Assembly (NCBI GenBank): GCA_977018835.1
Contig: OZ361259.1
Coordinates: 2,480,001-2,544,000 of the forward strand
DNA from: Minutocellus sp. GHC0000111
Taxonomy: Eukaryota
Reading direction: 5' to 3'
Length of the DNA: 64,000 bases
Shown here: in pieces, positions 36,712 to 48,733 of the stretch
Layout: every line of letters begins with the position of its first letter
Position numbering within the stretch: the first letter of the stretch is position 1
Notes under the pieces: model-generated
Seen by the model: the letters and a program-made list of their open reading frames with translations, nothing else
Database searches by the model: none
What the model was told of the DNA's origin: nothing
Translations under genes and position numbers: made by a program

Positions 36712-37572
36712 TTACGGATCACAGTCATCAACTTTCGCCAAAACAAAGTATCCACCGGGATCATTCTGCTTGTAAATCAACATGCCCTCATCCAAGTAAA
36801 GAATATCGAAGTAACCAGGACCGCTTGACCCATCGGCACCGGGTATCTTGGGAAAGTTTATGCCAAGTGGCGGCAGAGCATCGGCCGCCATGCCCAACAC
36901 CTCGACGGGCTGCAGCGAGACAGAATTGAACACAAGACCAACGCGTCCGGGCATGTTGACGCGAGAGTAGGCCGTGGTGGTGACTTCCGCCCTCAGTACA
37001 TTGGCTGGTAAACCCGGCAACAAACTTTGAAGTCGTGGCACGAAATCGATGATATTGATTGCCGTCGGGGGGTCAATCTTTTGATATATGGCGGCAGGTG
37101 CAACTACGGGGTTCGCACCCAAGTTCAGCACATCCACCGCGGTAGTCCACACCATGCGCCATATGCCCTCAAGGGGTGCCGCACCAGCAGGACCGTTGCC
37201 ATCGATGCCCCGTGCCCCGTCCATATTGGGGTTGAGGTCGGTCAGTTCCGAAACAACATCGTCGACGCGCCGACGTGCCGAGGGGGTCGATCCATATCCT
37301 CGGTCATACGACGCACAAAGATTCAGCAGCTTGGATTTGAGGATTTCAGCTTCTGGCGGGGTGGGAGTTGTGGATAATGTTTCGGCATTGTCGTCGCAGT
37401 CGCTGGGGGCATAATCGTCGGCTCCTGCTGCATCGGAATGTAATTTGGTGCTGGTCCGCCGAACACTTGTTCGTATTATTGTGGCCGAAGGCATGTGAAA
37501 TGCATCAGCGAAAGAGAAAATGCCAACCAAAATGCATGTGAAGCCAACGAACAACAATGTAGGAAGAGACAT
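36712..37572 (-). CDS. Plastid lipid-associated protein / fibrillin
   Basis: Signal peptide + ADAF; LKSKLLNLCASYDRG, LEGIWRMVWTT and YFDILYLDEGMLI. Confidence 0.88.
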   Translation of the reverse strand: MSLPTLLFVGFTCILVGIFSFADAFHMPSATIIRTSVRRTSTKLHSDAAGADDYAPSDCDDNAETLSTTPTPPEAEILKSKLLNLCASYDRGYGSTPSARRRVDDVVSELTDLNPNMDGARGIDGNGPAGAAPLEGIWRMVWTTAVDVLNLGANPVVAPAAIYQKIDPPTAINIIDFVPRLQSLLPGLPANVLRAEVTTTAYSRVNMPGRVGLVFNSVSLQPVEVLGMAADALPPLGINFPKIPGADGSSGPGYFDILYLDEGMLIYKQNDPGGYFVLAKVDDCDP

Positions 37573-37777
37573 GCTGCTGCGGCGTTTCAGGGGCGGCAAA
37601 AGTCCGGGCGTATCTCGTATGAAGAACTAAACTGACGCTTCCAATTGCTTGACTGCTTGCTTGAGCCACAGTTCGAGGAAACGGCAGTTTCGGGGATCGA
37701 AAGTTCTGGCGTGTGTACTTTAACCACCTCAGAAATGTCGAGGCCGGCCGGCGCGCGAGGTTGGCGCGCAAAAATTT

Positions 37778-40210
37778 ATGCAGCACAAAGTCATATTCTT
37801 CTCGGTCGAATTACGAAAGAGTGGACCGATAACTACAGGATCTTTTGTGCTGAATCGATTGTTCTTGATGTCTTCTGAGCAACGAGACGAAAAGATCCTG
37901 TGGTCTCTGAGGAGCGAATTCATCCTTGGCAGATTTGCAGAGGCCTCGGAAAATGTCCAACTTCATGGCAAGTTTATGCATTCTAGCGGATGGGTTCAGT
38001 GCATTCACGATCACTACGACATTCCCGGCGGCTACGAATTCACGAAGCAAGACCTCGCAAAAGCACTTCGTAATCGGTACAAAGAGACTCTTGACAATCG
38101 AGACATTGCAAACGATCACGGCATATGTCGTGACCACAAGAAGGAGGTTGATCCTCTGACAAATGACAGGGCGAAGGTTGATCAATGGTATTTCGCCGTC
38201 GTGCCGCCTGGAGCTGCTCGGCCTTTGCCAAGAGGCGGAGGGGCGTGGTATGACGATGTATGGATAAAGCCACCTGAGAAAATGTCGCCGAGAAACCTGG
38301 CAACGAATGTCTCGCCTGGGGGTGTTGATGTGGTCGCACGTCGTGCAGAGCAAGGAGCGAATGCAGCAAGGGCAACCGCCGCTGCTGCTCAACGTCCATC
38401 GACCAGGTCGAATCCGTCAAGAGGAACTTCCCGAGCAGTAGTTGGCTCGAAGCGCAAGGCTGGAGATGAGGCGCAGCGATCAGCCGGTGGCAAGTTCGTG
38501 CAAGATTCTGGCAAGAAGGCGAAGGGATCGTTCAACATTGATGACATTATGAAGGAAAAGGTGACTTGGCAGGGGGATGAGGCTCTCTTCCCAATGAATG
38601 CTGATGGCGTGAGCACTCGCCGCATGGTGTATGAGGCGGGCAATAACACTGTAGTAGTAGTGCTGCAGCAGCAACAACAGCAACAGGATGCTACTTTTAG
38701 TGATGCAGCCTTGCCTATTTCATGTAGTCCCAAAGACAACCACATTGAATGGACGAGCGCAAAGGAATTGAAAAAGTCTCTCGCCGATAGGAGCGACGGT
38801 CTATCGAAGGAAGAGATGGACATGCTTCGAGTTCTCACACAAAGTCATGTTGAGATGGAGGGCAAGACCAAACCCTCAAAGGTCATCCTGCCGAAGGGCC
38901 AAGGGCAATCGCAGGAGACCATCTACATCAAGCAACCCCCGAAAAGAGTCGACAGTCAAAAGGACCGATCATTGAACGAGGTTGCAAGTATCAGTAAAGA
39001 AATGTCCGAAAGCATCGGACTAGACTTGGAAGATGTGATTGATCGAATCGCTACTTATGTAGAAGGAAACTGCGTTCGTCCAGCGCACGATGGCACAGCA
39101 CAATTGATCCACCAATCCACCGCCTTAATTACTGAGGCCAACCTGTCCCTGAATCAGTACCATCTCATTCGAATGTATGTCGCAAGAGTCTGGAAACTGA
39201 AAATAGGGGCTCCAGTGATGTACATGCGAGATTACATGAGCAAATTATGCCCGAAGGACACAAGCCACATATCCCAAGAATACCTTGAAACCGGAACCAA
39301 CAAGAAGTATCAGTATTGCACGTACTGGTACGACAAGACCCCGAGGGACGGCATTGCTGGAAAGGTTCTCTCCTTACTAGTTGGAAATAAACTGGTCCAA
39401 GGGACGGCAATCTCTACTCGCTTGACGGACGACGAGCTTGCAGTAGCACTCAATATTGATAAAGGGTCCGATCGAACCACTGTAATGCTTCGCGTGCTAC
39501 ACGAGGTTGGTGGTAACAAGGGTGAAAGTTCAATAGTTATTGGTGAGATGGGAGACGGGGCAAACGAATGTTACGATAATCTGCAGAAGTGCTTCTTCTC
39601 TTCCGAAACTCACGTAGTAAAGCAGTTCCTACAGAATCTTGCTGATGATGAATTGCATCTTCTTATCTTTGATGTTGAGGACGACGGTGGGGCCGACGGT
39701 GGGGCCGACGGTGAGGCCGAGGTTGGAAAGAGGACCAAGTGTTGCACCGTCATTCGAAGAGACCACAGCCACGCAAATATTGCCCTTCCAGAATCCATTA
39801 CCGTCATTGACGTCAACGACGAGAAGTACCTTGCTTCCTCAATTGACACCCCCGATCTTGAGCCAAATTCTGACATCGTTCTGCTTCGTCGTCAGGGAAA
39901 GGCGGTAGCTGTAGGTTCGAGAAAGAATAACGCGATAACGGCATGGACCTCCCTATATTGCGGAAGACGGTGAGGAAAATGGGGCACTTGATCAATACGA
40001 TATCTTACCAATTGTTGATGGGCGTGAACAAATCGTAAAGTGCCGATGGTGCCGCCGGCGATGCCCAAAGGCGACGGTCCAATTCCATATTATGGCTTCT
40101 CACATGTGCAGTAATGTGTCGCTCGCCGTTCTCGGGGAAGATCTACCACAAGATGAGCCAGAGGTCGAGGCAGCAGAAGTCCAACCTCAAGCTGAACCCC
40201 AACAATAATA
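37778..40210 (+). mobile_element. Large intronless ORF resembling a truncated DDE-type transposase
   Basis: 731-aa frame with ALNIDKGSDRTTV...ANECYDNL, a pattern recalled from RNase H-fold transposases, plus a helical LSLNQYHLIR segment. It continues after a frame change to a stop near 40207. The family assignment is inference. Confidence 0.45.
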
Positions 40211-40762
40211 AACACATTGATAACACCCACACAACCATTTCTTCTTTGGCGGCCAGCCGCAGGCCGCTGTTTCGACTCGCAATTATATAGTCGAGCGATC
40301 CACATGGCTCTTCTCACGGACGGTAACGCCGAAGGATTATTGAGGACAATATCTTGCCGTTCCACAACATCAATCTCTCTCTCTCTCGCTCTCTAAACCC
40401 TCGGCGGAAGTTCAAAGCCGTCCTCAGTTCAGGCCCCCAATTGCGTGAGGCTTTCAACAGGGTACTTGCGCGAAGACGAAGCCGCCAAGGATAAAGAGAT
40501 GGAGAGGAGGGGTGCCTGCTACGACGACGGAAGACACGACGACCGACAACTGACTGCAATTTGCGTCGAGGTAAATTCGTCCCACGGACGACTTGACAAA
40601 ACCGCGGTACCAATATACAAAAATGCGAGAGGAGCTTTATGGACAGATTGAATCGTGTGTATAATATCGAAAGTCTTGTCGCCGTATGGACGATCAAATC
40701 ACCATGGTTTTGGTTCGCTGAGGAAAATGTGTGCAGACGTGAGGAGAAGGGGTTATGAGCAC

Positions 40763-40969
40763 TTAATATTTAAAGTACACACACCAGATCTTTCGATACC
40801 CCCCTCCTCGAACTGTGAGCGAAGCCAATTGGGCAAAATCGGGACCAGATAGGGATCCCACCGAGGGCGCGTGGTGCATACCGCCAGCTACTACTGCTGA
40901 AGCCGACGCCATTGATGCAACGGTTGCGCAGAGAACGAGGGGGAGGAGAGACGATCGTTGGTACATCAT
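40763..40969 (-). pseudogene. Possible 5' fragment of a secretory-pathway gene
   Basis: MMYQRSSLLPLVLCATVASMASA is signal-peptide-like and is followed by VRGGG. No convincing downstream exon was found. Confidence 0.3.
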
Positions 40970-41463
40970 CTTGGATGGATCGTCGTTGGTGGGAGATTGA
41001 AAGATTTGTGGGACCCGACTTGCCAACTGCAGAGTAACGGCATGTTCGTTGGACTTTTGGCGCCGATGTCCTGGCCGCGCTGTGGTTGTTTCTGACTGTG
41101 GTGGCACATCCGACTCACAAGTCGGACAGACCTACGTACCAAAATTGCGAGAAATCTCAACTCTCACGATTTCGATCTTCCTTCGAATTCAACGCGCACC
41201 ACCCGAGCAAACCTGCTCGGTTTCCATCAGCATCAACCTACGTGCAGGTGGTTACTATCCGAGAGTGACAACAAAGGCAATTCGGTTCACGTACACGTCG
41301 CCTTTCCTCTCAGCTCCAGCTGGCCAATTCCATCCTCAACCAACCAATTCTCAAACGCTGCTTCATTCTCGTCATTGGGCTTCGAAGAAAGAAAGATCGG
41401 TCATTCTCGGAGTGAATCTTTATCCAAGTTCGGTAATACTCTCTCTGCAACAACAAAGAGAGA

Positions 41464-42369
41464 ATGCAAAGCACAAAAACGATGGTCATTCCCTCTCCGC
41501 CACGAAGCACGAATGTCTCTCGTCGGACCTCCCCGCTCATGGTCGACGAGCTGGACTATCACAGCGTGAGCAGTCCTGCGACTCCTCCCTTTGCCGCCAC
41601 CCGCAACGTGGTGGGAGTTGACAAGATCAAGCAGATGGCCGGTGCCAAGACGCTCGGTCCCGTCGATTTTGCATCCCGTGCTCCGTGTCCGTGCTGCGCC
41701 CGCTATGTTGCCAAGGAATGCGACGGATCAGCAGCATCGGTTGGTACACCGAAGCAGCAACAGCAGCAGCAGCTGCAAGAACGACAACCGACGTCGCTGA
41801 CCGCCTCGCCCAGCAGCGTCGACGACGACCGCAAGGACGCCGCCCTCCCCGGATCGCTCGACCCAACCAGCACCGCCTACACGGTCCAATCCATCCTCGT
41901 TCAGGGCTGGGTCCACAAGAAGGGGACCGGCAAGGACATCTTTGGCTCCCGTGGCTGGAAGTCGCGCTGGGCCACGCTGTGCACGGCCACCGTACCGGGA
42001 TATGAGGTCGACGTCCCCCTCCTCATCATATCGTGGTTCCCCCATTCCGAATCCCCGTCCAATGTCTTGATATTGGATCCGTCCCGAACAGTCGTGATGC
42101 CCGTCGATCGATACCCGACCGAGGAGAAGGTGGTGCAGTGGAACACGTTTACGTTTGAGATTGTTCACAGCCGCACGGGCAGTGGCGACGAAACGACGAC
42201 GCGGGTGTTCAGTGTCCCCGAGCAGGAGCGGTCCGAGTGGGTCTGCGCCATCCAGCAGTCCCTCCGGGAGTACGAGCAGAGGTTCCAGAGGAAGAGCAGG
42301 TCCAGCCCTGATTTGCTCCGCCCTCCCCTATCGCCGAGGAATTCCATCAAGCTCAGCAGCTCTAGCTGA
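41464..42369 (+). CDS. PH-domain protein
   Basis: LVQGWVHKKGTG...WKSRWATL...FEIV...ERSEWVCAIQQ. Confidence 0.88.
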   Translation: MQSTKTMVIPSPPRSTNVSRRTSPLMVDELDYHSVSSPATPPFAATRNVVGVDKIKQMAGAKTLGPVDFASRAPCPCCARYVAKECDGSAASVGTPKQQQQQQLQERQPTSLTASPSSVDDDRKDAALPGSLDPTSTAYTVQSILVQGWVHKKGTGKDIFGSRGWKSRWATLCTATVPGYEVDVPLLIISWFPHSESPSNVLILDPSRTVVMPVDRYPTEEKVVQWNTFTFEIVHSRTGSGDETTTRVFSVPEQERSEWVCAIQQSLREYEQRFQRKSRSSPDLLRPPLSPRNSIKLSSSS

Positions 42370-42626
42370 AGAGACAGAAATATCTAGATTCGAACTCATA
42401 CATATTATAGATTTCGGTGCGAGCAGAATGCTGCTGTTGCACCTTTGATTGTTAGTTATACAGATAGATAATTCATATCATAGGAGACAAGATTGCATAT
42501 AGCCAACCAATGGGTCTACTACATAGAGCATTATCCAGCCGAATCGAATCTCTCGAGACGTGCTCACTTTTCTCAAACCAAACAACCAACAACTTCCTTG
42601 ATATTGATAATACTAGCAGAACAACC

Positions 42627-44183
42627 ATGGCCTCAAAGACTTTCCTCACCCGCAAGAAGACAGAAAAAGCCGAGGCCGAAGGCGGCGCAGGCGGTGATAT
42701 CTCATCTATTGGGTTTGCTCCGCCGAGCTCGAACGAAGCCGCCCCCCGGGATGCCAAGCTGTCTCCGATACCCTTTGGTACTATGAGCAGCAGCCCGAAC
42801 AGCAGCGCCCTCCGAGGAACGCCCAGACTGCCCGCCATCACTATGCCCACTGCAGTGGCACTGGCTCAGATGCAGCCGTCAACTACCCAGCAGTCAGCAG
42901 TCGGAAGTGGCACCAGATTCACCCCTCCCTTTACTCATCCCGGAGCACCGTCCAACGGCCACAATAGTACCGGTGGCTTCAACTGGCGTCACTGGGGCCA
43001 GCTCTATGCCGAGCAGGACCGCTCGCCCCTTCCGCCCACTCGCAGCAGCAGCGGCATGGGGACCCAAACTGCAGCGCCACCAATGCCTCATCATCGTCCC
43101 CACCCGGCGTTCAGCACCGGTTCGAAGGATTCAATCATGAGCAATGGTCTGACCCTGCTGGCCGAAACCCTCGCCTGCCTGGACGGACCGACCCCTCCAC
43201 CCCCCGCATCAGGCCGATTCGTGGGAGATGGTGGTACGAACGGGACGAGTCTCTTGTACAGGGACGGAGAAGGTGCTCTTCGAGGTCTTACCCCGATCCC
43301 TGTCATTGTCCCAAGCGTCAAGCCAGCAGCCAAGCCAGCACCCCACCCAGCGGCTGCAACCAGTTCGACGTCTACCCACGTGCCGGCGGCAGCTGCCCTA
43401 CCCAAGCCAGGTTCTGGCAAAGTAAACCACCCAGGAGCTCTGGATATCTACCAGGATGTCACTCTTTCTACTTCTACCAATGCCAGTGGGCCAGCAGCCA
43501 AGAGCCACACTCCAGGTGCTCTTCTTCGTATCGACAACGGCAGCTCGAATTTTCCTGTCACCAAAGGCAGGAAGAAAGGCCGCAAGGCTGCAGATGCCTT
43601 CCCCGAAGTCGATGAGACGAAAGGTGGTAGTGGCAGCGAAATCACCAGTGGCACCAAGGGCGACAACATCAAGAAGAAGAGGAAGAAGACGTCGAGGTGG
43701 ACGAAGGAGGAGGATGATATTCTGCGCCGAGCAGTCGAGGCCGATACCAACGCCAAGACCGACTGGAAGAGTATCGCGGCTTCTCACTTCGCCGGATCAC
43801 GAGATGCAAGTCACTGCAGGACGAGATACAGCAAGCACCCCGATCCAGCGGTCAGCAAGAAGCCCTTTACTGCCGAGGAGGACCGGGTCATCCTCCAGAA
43901 ATTGGTCGAGGGCAAATCATTTGCTGATATCGCCAAGCTTTTGCCAGGCCGTATCACGGAGCAGGTCCGACGCCGTTGGGAAAGCCTTCGGCCGAAAACA
44001 AAGGGCTCTTGGACTGAGGACGAGGTCAAGATTCTTGTCGAAAAGCATCGTGAGTATGGCAACAACTGGTCCATGATTGCAAAATATATTGAAGGTAGGA
44101 CCGTGACCCAGATCAAGAACCGTTGGCACAATTATCAGGCCAATCAGGAGAAGGTCAAGCAGGAGCCCAAGAGTGGGGAGTAG
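42627..44183 (+). CDS. Three-repeat Myb transcription factor
   Basis: WTKEEDDIL...DWKSIA, FTAEEDRVI...VRRRW and WTEDEVKIL...GNNWSMIA...IKNRW. Start taken at Met 42627. Confidence 0.92.
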   Translation: MASKTFLTRKKTEKAEAEGGAGGDISSIGFAPPSSNEAAPRDAKLSPIPFGTMSSSPNSSALRGTPRLPAITMPTAVALAQMQPSTTQQSAVGSGTRFTPPFTHPGAPSNGHNSTGGFNWRHWGQLYAEQDRSPLPPTRSSSGMGTQTAAPPMPHHRPHPAFSTGSKDSIMSNGLTLLAETLACLDGPTPPPPASGRFVGDGGTNGTSLLYRDGEGALRGLTPIPVIVPSVKPAAKPAPHPAAATSSTSTHVPAAAALPKPGSGKVNHPGALDIYQDVTLSTSTNASGPAAKSHTPGALLRIDNGSSNFPVTKGRKKGRKAADAFPEVDETKGGSGSEITSGTKGDNIKKKRKKTSRWTKEEDDILRRAVEADTNAKTDWKSIAASHFAGSRDASHCRTRYSKHPDPAVSKKPFTAEEDRVILQKLVEGKSFADIAKLLPGRITEQVRRRWESLRPKTKGSWTEDEVKILVEKHREYGNNWSMIAKYIEGRTVTQIKNRWHNYQANQEKVKQEPKSGE

Positions 44184-44336
44184 AGATTATGAATGAGGCA
44201 GGGAATGGACGAATCCCTGCAGTACAAAGGGGGGACATGAAGCAATAGTCAGATTGCATGCGATGGAAAACATATCCCCGCTTTACATTTACTCGTATAC
44301 AAACCAATAATTTGATATAATAACTACTTACCTTCA

Positions 44337-45314
44337 TCAATGACCTGACTCATATTCCGCCGAATTTTCATCAAGCTTGTGGGTACTATTATTGACAACC
44401 ACTGGCTGCTTCCAGCAAACGGACGATGTCACCTTGTTACTACCACCATCGTCGCTATTGCCAGTACTCTCATGTTGATATACACTGAAGGAGGCATATC
44501 CACAAACGCCATGGACCGTCCAATCCTTTCCCGATACGGACTCAAAAATGTGCGTCACCGGTGAACCATGCGAGAGCAACAATATCGTTTCATTGGGATG
44601 CCGTGCTGCCAGTGTATCTGCCAACGCCCTGGCTCTGGCCAGCTGCATCTTGCGCGATTCGAATGTTCCCCAGCAGAAATCATCGGTCAGCGGTACCGCC
44701 GATTTGGTGTACGATGCATTGACAATAGCGGTGGATCTGGACTGCATGGCCTCGCCGCAGGTCTCCCGCAATCTCGCCTCCATCTCGGTCGGTGGTAGGA
44801 ACAATTCATGCGCTGCCACCTTGGCCTTTGGGTGGAGAGTCTCCGTGTCGACATCCCACACACTTCCACCCTCCACCATGGGTTTGTCGGGGCAGTATCC
44901 CCACGTGCCATCTGCTCCCGGCAGTGCCCAGCTGCGGTACCACTTCTCGCACAGCGATTCGACGATGCCATGCTCGATATTGATCTGCAGTGGCGTGGAG
45001 GCATCACTACCACTACTATCATTCTTTGCAGCCTCATCTTCCAATCCTAGTATCGCTCCAGCCGCCGTCTGACAGCATCTCAAGAGAGGACTGGCATAAA
45101 CAACACCGACGGGGGGCAGCCCATGCTTGGAAAGGGTGCGGGCAACACGACGGCCCAGCTCGCGCACTTGTTGATGACCGGCCGCGGAGAGCGGAGGATC
45201 CCATGGTCGATCGGCCGTGGGGATCCAATTTCCACCGGCATCTCGTTGGATGTAGTCTTCGCGCTCACCATGGCGGGCGGCTACCAGTATTCCTCTGCTA
45301 TTCGGTGCCGGCAT
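44337..45314 (-). CDS. Histidine phosphatase (phosphoglycerate mutase-like) family protein
   Basis: ARHGERED, DPPLS, ASPLLRCCQTA and LLSHG. Confidence 0.9.
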   Translation of the reverse strand: MPAPNSRGILVAARHGEREDYIQRDAGGNWIPTADRPWDPPLSAAGHQQVRELGRRVARTLSKHGLPPVGVVYASPLLRCCQTAAGAILGLEDEAAKNDSSGSDASTPLQINIEHGIVESLCEKWYRSWALPGADGTWGYCPDKPMVEGGSVWDVDTETLHPKAKVAAHELFLPPTEMEARLRETCGEAMQSRSTAIVNASYTKSAVPLTDDFCWGTFESRKMQLARARALADTLAARHPNETILLLSHGSPVTHIFESVSGKDWTVHGVCGYASFSVYQHESTGNSDDGGSNKVTSSVCWKQPVVVNNSTHKLDENSAEYESGH

Positions 45315-45795
45315 GGTTGGGCTTGGCTGTGGCGATTCGCGAGCGAGTAGTGAGTGATTCCGCGCGCTTCGCTCTATGGCATGGCTCTGCTCCAAGCAAC
45401 ACTCGTATGCCATGCAATCCTTGGCCCTGACTCGTACGTACGGTCGGTCGCCACCACAGCAGTCAAAAGCTCAAAGCGCTGGCTCAGGATCGGCGAAGTC
45501 GTAGTTCGATAGTCGGCGAAGTGGCGCCATGAGTTCTTTGATTTTCAGGTCCCTTCGACCCCCTTCCATACTCGTACTCTAGCTAGAGAGTATGTTGATG
45601 CTCTCCCACCACATTGAACAAAGCATCTCCTCCGAAGCCAATCCTTTCGTACTGATGTTATTTCTCACAAATATATTCATCTTTATCTCTCTATATGTTG
45701 TAGATCTACAGTATGCATGCGCCATTCCCAGGAGGATCAGCAGCCCTCAGACGGTACACGTACGTACAAGAAGCCAAAGAAACACTTAACACAAC

Positions 45796-46997
45796 TTAAG
45801 CATGCGGATCAGGACCCAAAACATTGATGGGAATCTTCAGATACACGGTGCCATTGTCTTCCGCGGGTGGCATGTCTCCATTGCGGAGGTTGACCTGCAA
45901 CGAGGGAATGATGAGCTTCGGCATGCCCAAACTGGAATCACGCTCCGATCGCCACTGGACGAATTGCTCCTTGGGAGTGTCGGCCGTCAGCTGCTTGTTC
46001 TTGGTCTTCTCCTCTCCAATGGTCGTCTCGTACTTGAGCTCACGTCCACCGGGCTGATAATCGTGTCCAACAAACACCCGAGTCTCATCTGGCAACGAGT
46101 AAAGCTTCTTGATGCTGGCGTACAAATCGTCCGACGAGCCACCGGGGAAATCGCATCGGGCCGTTCCCATATCGGGCATGAACACTGTATCTCCGGTAAA
46201 GACCGCATCTCCGATCACATAGCAAATGCAGGCTGGGGTGTGGCCTGTTGAATAATTTGGACGAAACAAGTTGATTGTGAGAGTCAATTTGGTTGGCATT
46301 GCAAATGATACTGTGAAGTACTTTCAGCATACAAATGCCTCGCCGACGCCATTTGACTTACCAGGAGTGTGCATGATACGGCCCTCGAGGTTGCCCAGCT
46401 GAAAGGTCTGGCCATCCCTGAAGAGGATATCAAACTGAGATCCATCCTCATTGAATTCCTCCTTGAGATTAAACACCTGTTTGAATGTCCCCTGCACAGT
46501 TGTGACATGTTCGCCGATGCCGGTCTTGGCACCGGGGAAGCGCTCGCGAAGGCCGGCGCCGCCCGTCATGTGATCGGCGTGGACGTGACTTTCGCAGATG
46601 TACTCCACGTCGAGCTTGTTCTCCTCGCAGAAGGTGGCAACCTTATCGTTGTGGTCGGAGCCAGTACGGCCGGAGGCAAAGTTGAAATCCATCACCGGGT
46701 CGATGATCATGGCCTTGCTGGTGTCGGGGTCGACGACGAAATAGGCCAGGGTCGAAGTGCCCTCGTGGTAGAATGCAGTAACGGTTGGTTTGCTCTGATT
46801 ATCGGAGAATCGACGATGAAAGAGGAGAAGGATTGAATGAATCGTGGTGAGGGGAGATGAAGAAAAAGGCCGGGGTTCATAAGATTGCCCGTAGCGAAGG
46901 CGCCACCAACACATGCGCCGCGCACCACATCGCAGACCGCTGCGCAGCTGACTGCCACCAAAAGGCAGCACACGCACTTGGGCATAGCACTCACCAT
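45796..46997 (-). CDS. Metallo-beta-lactamase-fold persulfide dioxygenase (ETHE1/Blh family), 3 exons
   Basis: ESHVHADH, HTPGHTPAC, FTGDTVFMPDMGTARCDFPGG and VGHDY. Exon 1 is the ATG alone (46995-46997). Introns 46795-46994 and 46245-46361 splice in frame. Confidence 0.9.
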
Positions 46998-47439
46998 GGT
47001 TGGAGGTGTTTTGTTGTTCTTGGATTGGTTGAATTATGAGGTGATCGCTCGGCCCCATCCATCAGCGTCAATCGCTCGGCTCCATTTGCCTCCATTTTGC
47101 TCTTGCGCGGAGAAAATCTTGCTGGATTTTCTCCGCTGTCCGTCCGCCGGCCGTCAGAAACTGGACTCACTCGAGTAAAACCCAACCCAAACCAAGCAAA
47201 TCCCAAACGCCCTCACACGAAGCAGCACAAGTAGAAAGGAAAACTGTCTCTCATCGAAACGCAATGATGAAGATGTGCGACGCACTTGATCCTCATTCGC
47301 CATTCCGCCATCGCCACGATGAGAGGAACGAAGCAGCGGCGCATAGTATTAGGCATGGTCCTCTGATAATGTTGGCAGGACGTACAGCGTAGGGAAAGGT
47401 TGATTTCCAGGTCTCTTGTCTTTCTCTTTGCCGAAGAAC

Positions 47440-48663
47440 ATGAAAGCATTCGCAGCCATCATTGCCGTGCAGATATGCTTCGTCGCGGTCGTCATTCTGC
47501 GCATCGATGTTCTCTCGTCAGCTGCTGTGCATGTGGGCCTACCGATATCCCCCAGTGTTGGTGCCTCTCTTGGCCCCTTTGGCATGACGGATCATGCGCG
47601 CTCGTCCGTATTGCCCAGCTGCCTATTTGTCATATCGACCTCGGCAGCCAACGAAGAACACATTTTGAGGCAGTTTAACACTTATCGGGATGATCCCACG
47701 GTGGGGTTGTGGATCAACATTTATGACAAGGGCAGCCATGGCAGCAGCAGCAACAACAACGATATTGTTTCGCCAGCTATAGCATCAGTTAGCATGGGCG
47801 ATAGTAGCTCGATATCAATCCTTCGATCTGAGATACCAGGCCTCAAACCCACACTGTGGGAGCAAGTGGCACCACAGTACACATCCGCCTATGAGTATCT
47901 CTACTTTTTGGATGATGACATGCTGTTCGATCGCAATGTGTTTGCGTTCGATCAGTTTCGTTGGTTGGTGCAACGTGTCGATGCTGTGATTTCATCGCCC
48001 AAGATCATACGCAACAGTGTGCCCGAGAGTGAGCGCAGGGCGGCAGCAGCGACAAGTAGTGACGGCGGGGGTGGTGTGACGGCTGGTAGAATATCCATAA
48101 AGAAGCCATCAATTAGAGGAGGAGGGAATATTCTTCGAACAAATACAATAATGGCACAACAAAGACGGCGAAGGCTGGCTTCGCAAAATGGTGGCGGGGG
48201 TGGGGGCTGGAGGCTGAATCCGCTGGGTCTGTACAAAGAAGAGACGACGGCCGACCAATTGGCAGCAAAGGTAAAGGTGGTGGAAATTGGCAGCTTCATG
48301 ATCAAGACCAAGGCGTGGCATTTCTTTCGAGAGAATATCTTTATTCCCTCATCTACCTCCGACTGTGGACCCGATTGCGTTTGGTGCCGAGTGTTTGAGA
48401 AGGAGGGAACGCGATTTGGAGCCGTACCCTGCCTGCGAACGCTGCACGTCGGCATTACCCATTTGGATACCAAGAGCTACACTGGCAGCAGAAGCTTTGC
48501 AGAACACAACCAACAGTGTGTTGCGGCTGTGGATGCGTATTTTGCCAGAGCGAAGGAGAAATATCCTGCCATGGAGAAACTAGATCTATTGCAATGTCGA
48601 AACAAGTCTGTCCAATATGTATCGCTCAGTGATGCACTAAATGCGGGTGACAAAATACTGTAG
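47440..48663 (+). CDS. Type II membrane glycosyltransferase-like protein (DUF707-like)
   Basis: N-terminal hydrophobic anchor; YEYLYFLDDDM (DxD), VEIG, DCVWC and ITHLDTKS. Confidence 0.65.
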   Translation: MKAFAAIIAVQICFVAVVILRIDVLSSAAVHVGLPISPSVGASLGPFGMTDHARSSVLPSCLFVISTSAANEEHILRQFNTYRDDPTVGLWINIYDKGSHGSSSNNNDIVSPAIASVSMGDSSSISILRSEIPGLKPTLWEQVAPQYTSAYEYLYFLDDDMLFDRNVFAFDQFRWLVQRVDAVISSPKIIRNSVPESERRAAAATSSDGGGGVTAGRISIKKPSIRGGGNILRTNTIMAQQRRRRLASQNGGGGGGWRLNPLGLYKEETTADQLAAKVKVVEIGSFMIKTKAWHFFRENIFIPSSTSDCGPDCVWCRVFEKEGTRFGAVPCLRTLHVGITHLDTKSYTGSRSFAEHNQQCVAAVDAYFARAKEKYPAMEKLDLLQCRNKSVQYVSLSDALNAGDKIL

Positions 48664-48733
48664 AAGGGGCACTTTTATCAACTAACTCAAGGCGCTATTA
48701 TCAGGGCCGTCAAAGTTTTTGTGGTCATGCCGC

